A stretch of DNA of 63,324 bases, counting the filler, from Chrysochromulina tobinii (lineage: Eukaryota): NCBI GenBank assembly GCA_001275005.1. It is 5 parts of 5 records of this genome, joined end to end, with 100 filler letters (N's around TTAATTAATTAA, not from the genome) between each part and the next. Parts side by side here need not be neighbours in the genome. Positions count along the whole stretch, not along the records: positions 1 to 23,176 come from JWZX01001039.1; 4 more parts are not named here. One strand, 5' to 3'. Positions 1-10,838 of the stretch are shown one piece after another. How positions within the stretch are numbered: position 1 is the first letter of the stretch; every line of letters begins with the position of its first letter. Under the pieces are notes generated by a model, which saw only the letters and a list, made by a program, of their open reading frames with translations, did not search any database and was not told the origin of the DNA. The translations under genes were made by a program, and so were the position numbers.

Positions 1-218
1 GTAAGGTGAAAGCGGTTTGTACCTTGTACAGGAACCCTTCATGTGTCTAAAGTAAGAAACGAGAAACTGAGTCTAGAGAACTAAAGTGTCTAAAGTACCG
101 GGTAAGAAACGAGAAACGACAAAAGGGGGTGGGGAAGCCAGCGGTAGCACTCTCATTTTTGTGGGGTTCGTTGGGTTTTGAAGGGGTTCATAGGTCCACG
201 TCGTAGAAGCCCTCCAAG

Positions 219-1037
219 ATGGTGAGAGCTGCGACGACGCGCCATGCCTCTCGTGCTGCCTGACAGCGCGCCACGCCGTGGCCGCCCTCGACGCTGAAGG
301 CCCGCCATCTCTCTGCGTGCCTTGCAGGCTGACGACGAAATCGATGAGGCTGCGGCCATGGAGCTTAAGAAGAAGCGCACCTTCCGCAAGTTCACCTACC
401 GTGGCATTGACCTCGACAACCTGCTGGATCTGACGCCTGAGCAGCTGATTGATCTTGTGCACGCGCGCGCTCGCCGGAGGCTGCACCGTGGCCTCAAGAA
501 GAAGGGCATGGCGCTTCTCAAAAAGGTGCGCAGCAGCACCAGCACTTGAGAGCCAGCTCTGCGCTTCCGATGGCGGCGGCGGCGCTGCTGGCGATGGGGG
601 CGCAGCCTCCCGCATAGTGCCGCGGAGGAGGCGGCCGCATGGTGTCGCGGCGAAGGCGGCTGCTCGTCCTCCGGGCCGCCTTCGGTCTTCAAGCCTCGGC
701 ACCGTCACACTTCCACCCGCGCTCGCCGTGGCCACATCGACGCTCACGTGCGCCCTGTCCTCCTGTCTGTGAGCAGCTGCGCAAGGCCAAGAAGGACTGC
801 GGCCCGTACGACAAGCCGGACACGGTGAAGACGCACCTGCGCGACATGCTGATCATGCCCGAGATGATCGGCTCGGTCATTGGTGTGCACAACGGCAAGC
901 TCTTCACCTCGGTCGAGGTCAAGGCTGACATGGTGGGCATGTACCTTGCCGAGTTCTCCATCTCGTACAAGCCTGTGCGTCACGGCCGCCCCGGTATCGG
1001 TGCGACCTCGTCGTCCAAGTTCGTGCCTCTCAAGTAA
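219..1037 (+). CDS. RPS15: 40S ribosomal protein S15 (uS19); join(219..221,328..525,777..1037), 153 aa
   Basis: [16 protein letters not shown] and VKTHLRDM...HGRPGIGAT motifs; two GT-AG introns (222-327, 526-776) join the pieces in frame; first coding exon is the ATG only. Confidence 0.97.
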
Positions 1038-1304
1038 ATGGGCGCCTCCCTCGTTTACGCATGTCGGGAAGGCGTGGTGGGCTGCGCAAAGTCCGTGCGC
1101 TTCATTGTCATACGTCCTGAATGCGTGTTTGCTACGAGCTTATCACTTAGAGTTCATTGTACACGGGTGACACTTCGGCCCGAGTGCGGGCTTGTTTCTT
1201 GGCATTTTTCTCCCGTTCTCCTGCATCGTGCCCTTCCAGGCCCTTCACGTGAACGAGTTCGTGAACGCGCGCGGCTTCAAAAGGTGGCGCGGTCCTTCCG
1301 ATCG

Positions 1305-3593
1305 ATGGCAGAGCTCTTGCGCGTCGCCATCGAGCAATGCCTCAAATGCCTTGATGCGGCCGGCCCCTACTCCGCCTCGGCGGCGCAAGCCTGCCTTGGG
1401 TTCAGCTCGGGCGCGCTTGAAGGCTGCAAGTTGTGCGCCGAGGGCTGCCTCGGCGTGGATGCGATCAAGGCGGACGCAGTGCGATTTCGACACGAGGTGG
1501 ACGCGATGCGATTGCGCGCTGAAGCGGACGCGCTCGACGCTGAGGCCGCTCGTCGTCAATTGCGGCGCATGCAGGTCTTGTGCGCGAACAGCCTGTACGA
1601 CGTGCGCCAGCGCTCGATGATGCGCCTTTGCTTCCAGGCGCTGCAGCACCACGCGCCCGCTGGCCGTGGCCACGGCGCGGGGAGCAGCTCCACGATGCGA
1701 GGCTGGCCCGGCGGATTGGCGCCGCGCCGCAAGCTGCCGGGCGAAGCGTCACGGCCCAGCAGCGTCAGCAGCAGCCTGCGCAACAGCCCAGTGCGGACGG
1801 CCATGTCGCCGACGAGGGCGGCGGACAGCCGCCGCGCCAGCCGCGCGCCCGCCGCCGCTGAGCGGCTCTCGCTGCCGGAGAGCATCGGCGGCAGCCTGGC
1901 GCATAACCTGGCCTCCGCCTCGCACGGGGGCGGCAGCAGCGACGCCTTGGCGTCAGCCGCCACAGCCGCAAGCGCCAGTCTCGGCACGTTTGGCGACTTT
2001 GGCGACTTTGGCGCCACACCTTCCCACGCTGCCGGCTTGGGCGACTATGGCACCTTTGGCGACCCGCCCGGCCCCGCTGCCTCCGCCGCCGGCACCACCG
2101 CCGCCGGCACCGGCACCGCCCGAAGAGGCCTGCCGTCCGACGAGGAAGCGTTTGCTGCGTACGCGGCGAGCCGGCGAGCAGTGGCGGCCTACGAGGCTGA
2201 GGAGGTTCATCAAGAGAAGATTGCAAGGTTGCTCTCCCAGCTCTCGTCGCGCCGCGCACGCGTGCTCTCCCTCACCCTCCGGGTGCGCAAGCACGCGCTG
2301 CTCCGCCAGTGCGTGCACGCGTGGCGCGGCGTGGCAGCCGAAAGCATCGCGTGGCGCGGCGTGCGCGCAGGTGTGATGCTCGCTGCGCGGGCTGCCACGC
2401 GCCACGTGGCGCGCGCCGCCTTCGTCGCTTGGAAACTGATCGCGACACGTAGCGTCGAGGAGCGCGAGCGCACGGCGGCCATCTCGGCGGTCGTCACGGA
2501 GCGCCTGGCGGCGGCCGAGGGCCACTTCGCCTCACTGCTCGCCAAGCAACTCTCAACGGCGGCGGCGCTCAAGGCGCGTTTGGCCGGCCAGGTCGTGCGC
2601 CGCAGCGAGCTCCGGATGCTCGCCCTCTGCTGGCATGGGCTTCGGCTCTGGGCGGCGCACCATCGGCTCCTGGGCGAGCGGCAGGCGTGGCGCGACCTGC
2701 TATTGGAACTCCAGACCGACCCGAACCGCGCGCAGATGCTAGGCCCGCATGCAGTACAAGAGCAGGTGCAGCGCGGCCAGGCGGCCCTCCGAAAGTTGCT
2801 CCAGGCGACGGAGAAGGAGACTCACTCCCCTCCTCCTGCGCCCTCGCACCGGTTGGAGCCGCCGCCGCCGCCGCTCCCGCTCCCGCAGCCGGAACCGTAT
2901 CGTGCCCTGGCACACAATCGGAGGATCCCGCCTTTGTTGGTGCCGGAGCCGCCGCCAGGCCTGGCCGTTGGCGGCGAGGAGCAGGAGCTCGAGCGAGTAG
3001 CTGTCATCGACGCCATGGGCGGCGGCGGCGCGGTGGCCAATGGCATCGGACCTCCTGCGCGAGGCAAGCATGCGCCTGACGTTGACGCCGATGGTGAGGG
3101 CATGCACGTGCCGCTTGTGAGCAGGGTCGTGGTCTCCGCGGCCGTGCCTACCGGCGGAGACCCGTACGTGCTGCAGCAGCTGCCATCCGAGTCTCTCCCG
3201 GCCGTGGGCATGGAGGCTGCTGCACCGGCGGAGGCGAGTCTGCCGCGGGCGAGGCAGCTGCCGCCCGTGACGACGCGTCCTGATGAGACGTTGCTGTCGA
3301 TCATCCGAACGAGCGCTCGTGTGCGCGCTGCAGCCCTGTCCTCGCCGTTGTACACGGCACCGACACCGTACACGCCCATGGGCGCGTTTACGTGCGGCGC
3401 GCCCCTCGGCGCGCTATCGTCGCGCGCGTCGGAGGCGGCGTGGCCATCGCAGCAGCCGCTCGGCGATCGGCAGCCGCCGCAGCGCGCGCAGCCGCTGCCG
3501 AGCCGTCCGCGGACGGCGCGCGCTCCGCCGGCGCCGCCCGCTGAAGGCATCCGGGCGGGGCCGCCCGCCCAGGGCATCCGGGCGGACTCGTGA
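1305..3593 (+). CDS. Hypothetical helical protein with possible Sfi1-like (centrin-binding) repeats and Pro-rich C-terminus
   Basis: Long ORF from ATG 1305; LLRQCVHAWR, RAAFVAWK and MLALCWHGLRLW resemble Sfi1-type repeats; 3' end uncertain. Confidence 0.55.
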   Translation: MAELLRVAIEQCLKCLDAAGPYSASAAQACLGFSSGALEGCKLCAEGCLGVDAIKADAVRFRHEVDAMRLRAEADALDAEAARRQLRRMQVLCANSLYDVRQRSMMRLCFQALQHHAPAGRGHGAGSSSTMRGWPGGLAPRRKLPGEASRPSSVSSSLRNSPVRTAMSPTRAADSRRASRAPAAAERLSLPESIGGSLAHNLASASHGGGSSDALASAATAASASLGTFGDFGDFGATPSHAAGLGDYGTFGDPPGPAASAAGTTAAGTGTARRGLPSDEEAFAAYAASRRAVAAYEAEEVHQEKIARLLSQLSSRRARVLSLTLRVRKHALLRQCVHAWRGVAAESIAWRGVRAGVMLAARAATRHVARAAFVAWKLIATRSVEERERTAAISAVVTERLAAAEGHFASLLAKQLSTAAALKARLAGQVVRRSELRMLALCWHGLRLWAAHHRLLGERQAWRDLLLELQTDPNRAQMLGPHAVQEQVQRGQAALRKLLQATEKETHSPPPAPSHRLEPPPPPLPLPQPEPYRALAHNRRIPPLLVPEPPPGLAVGGEEQELERVAVIDAMGGGGAVANGIGPPARGKHAPDVDADGEGMHVPLVSRVVVSAAVPTGGDPYVLQQLPSESLPAVGMEAAAPAEASLPRARQLPPVTTRPDETLLSIIRTSARVRAAALSSPLYTAPTPYTPMGAFTCGAPLGALSSRASEAAWPSQQPLGDRQPPQRAQPLPSRPRTARAPPAPPAEGIRAGPPAQGIRADS

Positions 3594-4312
3594 CGACCTT
3601 ACGGCGACGGCTGAACGGCTCGTGGAGCTGCGAGAGGCCAGAGAGGCGGCACGTATGCAGACCCGTCCCCAGAGACACAGACGAGCCCAATTGCAATCGT
3701 CTGTCACACGCGAGTTTAGGGATCAACACGAAACATGCTGTAGATAATCTACGTGGCGGCTAACCGCGCTAACTGTACCTAGAGTGTCTCATGATCCCCT
3801 GGGGCCTGAAGACCGGGCGCAAGCTCTGTTCGTCGGCGCGCTGCACGTCCCACGTGCATCTTGGAGCGCGCTCTCTTTGGCCAAAGGAGGTGGCGAGGCG
3901 CCGCGCACGGCGGAGCTGGCGATGGAGCGGTCAGACGGATGCGAAAGACACCTTGAGTTACAACCAGCCACGCGCACCGAGGACCGCGAGGTGGCGAGCC
4001 GAGCCAATTGAACTGTCGGTCTCGGAGAACTGCGCACGGGAGCATGGAAGGCCAGCGGTCGGGCCGGGTGGCAGTCGCAGCAGCGCGAGAGGCAGCGCGG
4101 CGCTGCGCGAGGGGCGATCTCTCGTGCAGGGGCCGCACCTCTCGCTCGCCTAGGGTCGGCAGCGTCAAAGCCCCATCGAACATGGGGGCAACAAAAGACG
4201 AGGGAGGCTCGCCGAGCCAGCGTTCGGAGTGCGTTTTGCGGAGTTGAGGAGGGGGTGGGCGCAGGTTTGGTGGAGAGGTGCGAGGTCGTTAGAACCATAT
4301 TCAAACATCTAA

Positions 4313-4729
<417 letters not shown>

Positions 4730-4766
4730 ACATGCCCTCAATCTCGTTGGCATCAACAACCACCCC

Positions 4767-4786
4767 GGTGTTTTTTAACACCACCC
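4767..4786 (+). promoter_or_regulatory. Histone mRNA 3' stem-loop
   Basis: GGTGTT-TTTT-AACACC (6-bp stem, 4-nt U loop) followed by ACCC, with an A/C-rich 5' flank, 37 nt after the H3 stop. Confidence 0.85.
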
Positions 4787-4996
4787 TTCTCGAGTAACAC
4801 CGATCCTCATGGATGACCGACACACAGTCATTGGATTCACTTTAGGACAGGATCATCGTAGAGAGTTAGATTAGGTTAGGTAACCCCGTCACGGATGCCC
4901 AGGGCAACAGATACACCTCAGCTACCGGAAACTCTGCAGAATTGGCGTCGCGTTCTTTCCTCGTGTCGAAGTCTATCGCCGTCTTGCCGCGGTGAC

Positions 4997-7900
4997 ATGC
5001 ACGAGGAGGAGGATGCTCAGACGCACTTCACGCTGCACCGGCCACGCACACTGCACCTCGACGTCGTGCCTTTTGCGATCGCGTACGCCGTCGGCTTCGG
5101 ACTCTACCTCTTCTCGCCGTCGCACGAGTTTGCCGCCAATGTCGGCACGCCTCTGGTTGCTGTGGCGCACTTCCTCACGTTCCTCGCGTGCCACTGGTCG
5201 CTCACGGTGCGCTGCGCGCTCAAGCTGCGCACGGTCAAGCGCGCCGCCGATGCGACGCTCGTACGCGCGTGGCCAGCTGCCGGCCGCTCGGAGCTCGTAC
5301 GACTCGGCCGCAAGGCAGCGGCCAGCGCCGACAGCGCCGACGAGTACCACTTCGAGTTCCGCAAGCGCACGTACCTGCTGCCGGCGCCGTCGACCCGAAC
5401 TGCTGAACCAGCGGCGGACGACGCCGCGGCCTTCACCGAGCTTGCGATGCCCGTGAGTGAGCCGATCAGCCACTACATCAGGAACGATCGCGGGCTCAAG
5501 CCAGAGGCGGCCGAGGAGGCCCGGCGCAAGTACGGCCCGAACTCGTTCGAGATCCCGGCGCGCAGGTTCGGCGAGCTGCTAATGGAGCACGCGCTCGCAC
5601 CCTTCTTCGTCTTCCAGGTCTTTTGCGTGCTCCTCTGGTCGCTCGACGACTATTGGTACTATTCGCTGTTCACGCTGCTGATGCTCATCGTCTTCGAATC
5701 CACCGTCGTCACCTCGCGCCTCCGCAACCTCGAGGAGATGCGCGAGTTCGCGACGCCGCCGTCGGCCGCGCTCGCGTTCCGCGGCGGCAAGTGGACAGCG
5801 CTCTCTTCCGTCGACCTGCTGCCCGGCGATGTGATCGCGCTTCAGCGCGCACCCGCCACCTCCATGACGGCATACAGCTACGGCGGCTCGGGCATCGAGC
5901 TCGAGGCTGTGTGCCCTGCGGACGTGGTGCTGCTACATGGGAGCGTGACGGTCAACGAGAGCGCTCTCACGGGAGAGTCAACTCCCATGCTCAAGGAGCC
6001 CATTGGCGCGGTCGAGGCCTCGGAGGACCTCGAGCGCACACTCCTCGACCTAACGACCCACCGAGCGGCCGTCGTGCTCGGAGGCACGAAGCTGCTGCAG
6101 CACGCGCCTGGCGCGCAGCCTGCGAGCCTGCAGCCGCCGGGCGGCGGCGCGGTGGGATACGTGCTGCGGACGGGCTTCTACTCGTCGCAGGGCAAGCTCA
6201 TCCGAACCATCCTCTTCGCGTCCGAGCGCGCCTCAGAGAACTCGACGGAGACTCTCCTCTTCATCCTCTTCCTCCTCTCCTTCGCCGTAGCCGCCGCGGG
6301 CTACGTGCTGCACGAGGGGCTGCAGGACCCGACGCGCTCGCGTTGGCGGCTGCTGCTGCACTGCACGATGATCCTCACCTCGGTGGTGCCGCCTGAGTTG
6401 CCGATGGAGCTCTCGCTCGCAGTCAATAACTCGCTGCTCGCGCTCCATCGCATGGGTGTCTACTGCACCGAGCCCTTCCGCATCCCGTACGCGGGCAAGC
6501 TACAATACTGCTGCTTCGACAAGACCGGCACGCTCACTTCCAATGACCTGCTCGTCGAAGGCGTCGTCGTGCCTCAGCCTGCTGGCGCTGCTGGCAGTGG
6601 CGGCGGCAGCGGCGGCGGCAGCGGCGGCGGCGGCAGCAGCAACGAGGGCAAGGGGAGCGGCGGCGGCAGTAGCGATGGTAGCGGCGGCGGCGACAGCAGC
6701 AGCAGCAGCAGCAGCAGCAGCGGTGGCGGTGGCGGCGGCGGCGGCGGCGAGTACACGCTGATGAGCGGCGAGGCGGTGCCCCTCGAAGCTTCTCTGGTGC
6801 TCGCGGGCTGCCATCAGCTCATCTACAGCGATGGCACGGTGCTCGGCGATCCCATGGAAAAGGCAGCCTTGTCATCGATTGGCTGGACCTACCATTCCGA
6901 TCAGACGTGCGTACGCAGGCAGCCGCTAGGGGCTCCCTCCCTGACCTCCATGCTGCCTCCGTCGGTGCAGGCTCGCGTGGGGCTGCGGATCCTCAAGCGC
7001 TTCCCCTTCTCGTCGGATCTCAAGCGTTCCTCAACCGTGGTCGACGTGGCGCCGCGCTTCTCTCCCTCGCTGCCCGTAGACTCGGGCAGCGCGCTGCGCA
7101 TTGCGGCGGCGTGCGACTACATCGGGTGCCGCGGCCTCTTTGTGCTCACCAAGGGCTCGCCCGAGACGATCAAGGAGCTGCTTGCGACAGTGCCGCCGGG
7201 GTATGACGAGTGCTATCAGGCGCACACGCGGCTGGGCAAGCGCGTGCTCGCTCTCGCGTCCAAGAGACTGCACGCCGAGATGGGCACCGCAGACGCGCCC
7301 GGTGCGGACGTCACCAAGCTCGCACGCGATGCGGTCGAGTCGGGCCTCACCTTCCGTGGGCTGCTGGTGCTGCACTGCCCGAACAAGCCCGAGTCACAGG
7401 CCGTGCTTGAGCAGCTGCGCACCTCAGGCCATGAGCTCCAGATGCTCACTGGGGATGCGCTACTCACGGCAACGCATGCAGCCCACACGCTGGGCATCTC
7501 ATGCCTGCCACCCCTGCTGCTCGAGCTCGAAACTCTGGTGCCGAACGCTGCCGCCACGTCCACCGCCGCCGCTGCCAACGGCACCGTCAAGGCCGCCGCG
7601 CCGCCACCGCCGCGGTTGCGGTGGCGGCCGTGGTGCGCGTCCGCATCGGGAGCCGGCGCTGCCGATGGAGGAATTGAGCGCGCTCGCCTTCCGTGCGCTC
7701 GCTCTCAAGTACGATCTGTGTTTGGATGGGGCTGGCTTTGCGGCTCTGCACGCGGCGGGTGCCCTGCCGGCGGCGCTGCCGCACCTGCGCGTGCTCGCGC
7801 GCATGAGCCCAGGACAAAAGGAGCTTGCCCTCGCGACACACCGTGACAATGGCGTCGTCGCCCTCATGTGCGGCGACGGCACCAACGACGTGGGCGCTCT

Positions 7901-8903
7901 CAAGCGCGCTGCCGTGAGCGTGGCGCTGGTCACCACCTCGCTCGTGCCACCGCCGCCCCCACCGCCGCCCGCGGCGCTGCTCGCCGAAGAGCCCGCGGGC
8001 GGCGGCTCGAGCCTTCTGCGTAGCCGCAAAAAAGGTGGCGGCGCCAACGGCGAGGCGGCTGGCACGGCCTCGGCGCGTGAGAAGCAGAAGCGGCTCGAGG
8101 AGCGCTTGCAGCGCGAGATGATGACGCTGCCTGCGGTCAAGCTGGGAGACGCCTCGATTGCGGCGGCGTTCACGTCCAAGTCGGCCAACGTGTCCTCGTG
8201 CATCGACATCATCACCCAGGGCCGCTGCACGCTCGTGACGACCACGCAGATGTTCAAGATCCTCGCACTCAACTGCCTCGTCTCCGCGTACGCCCTCTCG
8301 GTGGTGCACCTGCGCGGCGTGCGCATGTCGGACGTGCAGGCGACGACCTCTGGGCTGGGCACCGCAGCGCTCTTCCTCTTCGTCTCGTTTGCGCAGCCGT
8401 TGCCGAAGCTCGCTCCCCAACGCCCCCCAGCCTCGGTGCTTGCCCCGTCCGTGTTGATCTCCGTGTGCGGCCAGTTCTTCATCCACCTGCACTCGCTCCG
8501 GAGTGGTCTCGAGTTAGGCGAGACGGCCGCAGCCAGCGCGGGCCTCGTCGACACCATCGAGGCGGACTCGGGCTTTGAGCCCTCGATCACCAACACCGTC
8601 GTGTACCTCCTCTCCTCCTCTATGCTGCTCACCACCTTTGCCGTGAATTACACGGGCCGCCCGTTTATGCAGTCGCTCACCTCGAACACCGGGCTGATTG
8701 TGACGCTCATCGGCTCCGCACTGCTGCTCTCGGCTCTCTCGGGCGGCTCGCTCCCTGACGTTGCGAGCTACCTTGAGCTTGTGCCGCTGCCCGAAGCAGC
8801 CTCGACTGAGATGCTCGGGCTGATGGGCTTCGACTTTATGGCGTGCCTTGCCGTCGAGAAGCTCATCCAGCGCGCCACGCTCGCTCGGCTCAGGCTGCGG
8901 TGA
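4997..8903 (+). CDS. ATP13A1: P5A-type ATPase (ATP13A1/Spf1), with one frame discontinuity near 7634-7678
   Basis: YGPNSFEIP, APFFVFQ, LTGES, PPELPMELS, DKTGTLT and MLTGD in the first frame; YDLCLDG, GDGTNDVGALK, LGDASIAAAFTSK and QGRCTLVTT in the +1 frame. Confidence 0.93.
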
Positions 8904-9274
8904 CAAGGGATCTGCCGCAGGGGGCAGGGCCTTTGGGGGTCGAGACCTCGCGCTTGGTGAGAGCGACGAAGATCAGTGATCGCCACAGCGCCGCGTTGGT
9001 CGAGTTGCGCAGGGAGGAGCCGTCCTGACCGTAGGTGATGCGCGGCACGCGCGCGGCATGGGCAAGAACGTTACCACGCTGTTTCGTCGGTACACAGTAC
9101 TCGAGTTTATTCTTGTCTATTCTTCAAATGACTTTCAGCTGACGTCGCAAGCCGCTAGAGGCTGTGTCGTAACCGGTCGGGGTCGCCTCGCCGGACGCGC
9201 CTGCGGTCCGTGCGCACAGGCGCCGCGCGGTCCGATCTCGCCGGAAGCTCGCGCTCCTCAGACCGTCAACAAGT

Positions 9275-10660
9275 TCACCACATGAACCTCGCCACGGAGC
9301 CGTCACCCCACGTGTACGGGCGCAGCAGGAAGATCGCGAGCATGGCCGCGTTGAGCGCCGCAAAGACGAGCAGCGGTGGCAGCCAGCCGGTAGGGCCGAT
9401 CAGTGGCGGCGCATGCAGACGGAGCAGCAGCGCAGGCAGCGTGAGGTAGCGCGGCTCGAGCAGCGGAGACGGGACGAGCACCAGCATCGTGCAGACGAGC
9501 AGACCGAGGGTGAGCAGTGAGCCCTGCGCCGCATGCACGCGCGGCCAGAGCAGACTGCCCAGCAGGAGGTGGAGCGGCGTGAGCATGTAGGGCACTATCC
9601 AATGGCGGCCGAGCACGTGGCGCCATAAGTAGAAGGTGACGTGCCGATTGTCGGCCAAAAGGAACGGGTGGCTGAGCGTGCAGTGCGCCGCCGCCAGCAC
9701 GGCGGCGAGCGAGGCGGCAGCGGCGAGCGGTGCGGCGACCGCCGCCGCCATTGCCGCACGGAGCGCGGCTGGTAGCCGGTAGCTCAGTTGCGGCAGGTGG
9801 AAGGGTGCACTCGCGAGGCCAGTGGCATAGAGCACTTGGGCTAGGTGGAAGGCCATCGCGTGGTTCGACTTGTCGCCGACCACCACCCCACCGTTGAGCA
9901 CCACGAAGGCGGCAAAGGCCGCTAATAGCGCGAGCTGCACCGGGTCGCGACGCGCCGCCGTGCCAATGATCTTAGCCAGCGCCGGCGCTGTGCCCTCCTC
10001 GGACCGGAGCGTCGGCGGCCGCCCTAGCAGCACCTCTGCAATTGCTGCCGGCAGCGCAGCGTGCTTCGTCAGCACGCCGCGGGCCTGGAGCTCGCCGAGG
10101 GCGCCAGCAGCGACGGCGAACGCGACCCACACGGCATTCGTCTGACGAAAGCCGATCGCAAGTGCGGCCGCGACCGCACGGCCAAGCTGCTGCGCTCGGC
10201 TGTCCGATGTTGACAGCGCGCTTTGATAAGAGAGCAGCACCAGGAGCAGCACGCTGCACGTGGCCAGCGAGTCTGTGTAGTACAAAAAGTGGAAGAAGAA
10301 GTGGGTCGGCAGCAGGCTGAGCACTGCCGCATTCCATGCGAGGTCCGCCTCCGAGGTGGTCGGGTGCAGCACGGCTAGCAGCGAACGCAACAGCCACGGC
10401 GTCGCGAGTGCTGGAAGCATGTTGACGGCGCGAAGCGTTGGCAATCCGCAATCTCCGACCTTGGCGGCCATCACTCCGAATATGTACAGCCCAGGGAACG
10501 TCGTGATCTTCGAGTCCCACTCGTTCCAACGCCCTTGACAGTAGAGCTGCGTCTGGCCCGAGTGAAATGGCTCGTCCATGTACGGCTCGGGCAACGTGCG
10601 ATTGAACGAAGCGTACAGGACGGCCAGCACGAGGGCGTTTGCGGCGAAGAGCGCCAACAT
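9275..10660 (-). CDS. ALG10: Dol-P-Glc alpha-1,2-glucosyltransferase ALG10/DIE2
   Basis: PEPYMDEPFH, WDSKITTFPGLY, FRQTN, NGGVVVGDKSNH, HPFLLADNRH, EPRY and C-terminal RFMW. Confidence 0.96.
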   Translation of the reverse strand: MLALFAANALVLAVLYASFNRTLPEPYMDEPFHSGQTQLYCQGRWNEWDSKITTFPGLYIFGVMAAKVGDCGLPTLRAVNMLPALATPWLLRSLLAVLHPTTSEADLAWNAAVLSLLPTHFFFHFLYYTDSLATCSVLLLVLLSYQSALSTSDSRAQQLGRAVAAALAIGFRQTNAVWVAFAVAAGALGELQARGVLTKHAALPAAIAEVLLGRPPTLRSEEGTAPALAKIIGTAARRDPVQLALLAAFAAFVVLNGGVVVGDKSNHAMAFHLAQVLYATGLASAPFHLPQLSYRLPAALRAAMAAAVAAPLAAAASLAAVLAAAHCTLSHPFLLADNRHVTFYLWRHVLGRHWIVPYMLTPLHLLLGSLLWPRVHAAQGSLLTLGLLVCTMLVLVPSPLLEPRYLTLPALLLRLHAPPLIGPTGWLPPLLVFAALNAAMLAIFLLRPYTWGDGSVARFMW

Positions 10661-10838
10661 CTCGCTTCTCGATGAAGCATCCGATTCACGTGAACACAAA
10701 TTTCACACATGGGGAAAGTTGCCCCAGCAAAATCTCTCTGCTTCTGAAGAGGCGCTCCGACGTTCGCGGCGAAGCCTGCTGTGAATAATCTGCCAGGTCC
10801 GCAATCTCCGACTCCTCATCGTCCGTGCAGCGAGGCCC

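Noticed and set aside
1035..1304. RPS15 stop directly abutting an ATG, operon-like
   Set aside because: The extension reads like 3' UTR or intergenic DNA; the plausible start is 1305
3543..3590. 13-nt duplication GGCATCCGGGCGG with a CAG, resembling the cassette introns
   Set aside because: Only 26 nt, no cassette, and removal does not give the coding-like downstream frame
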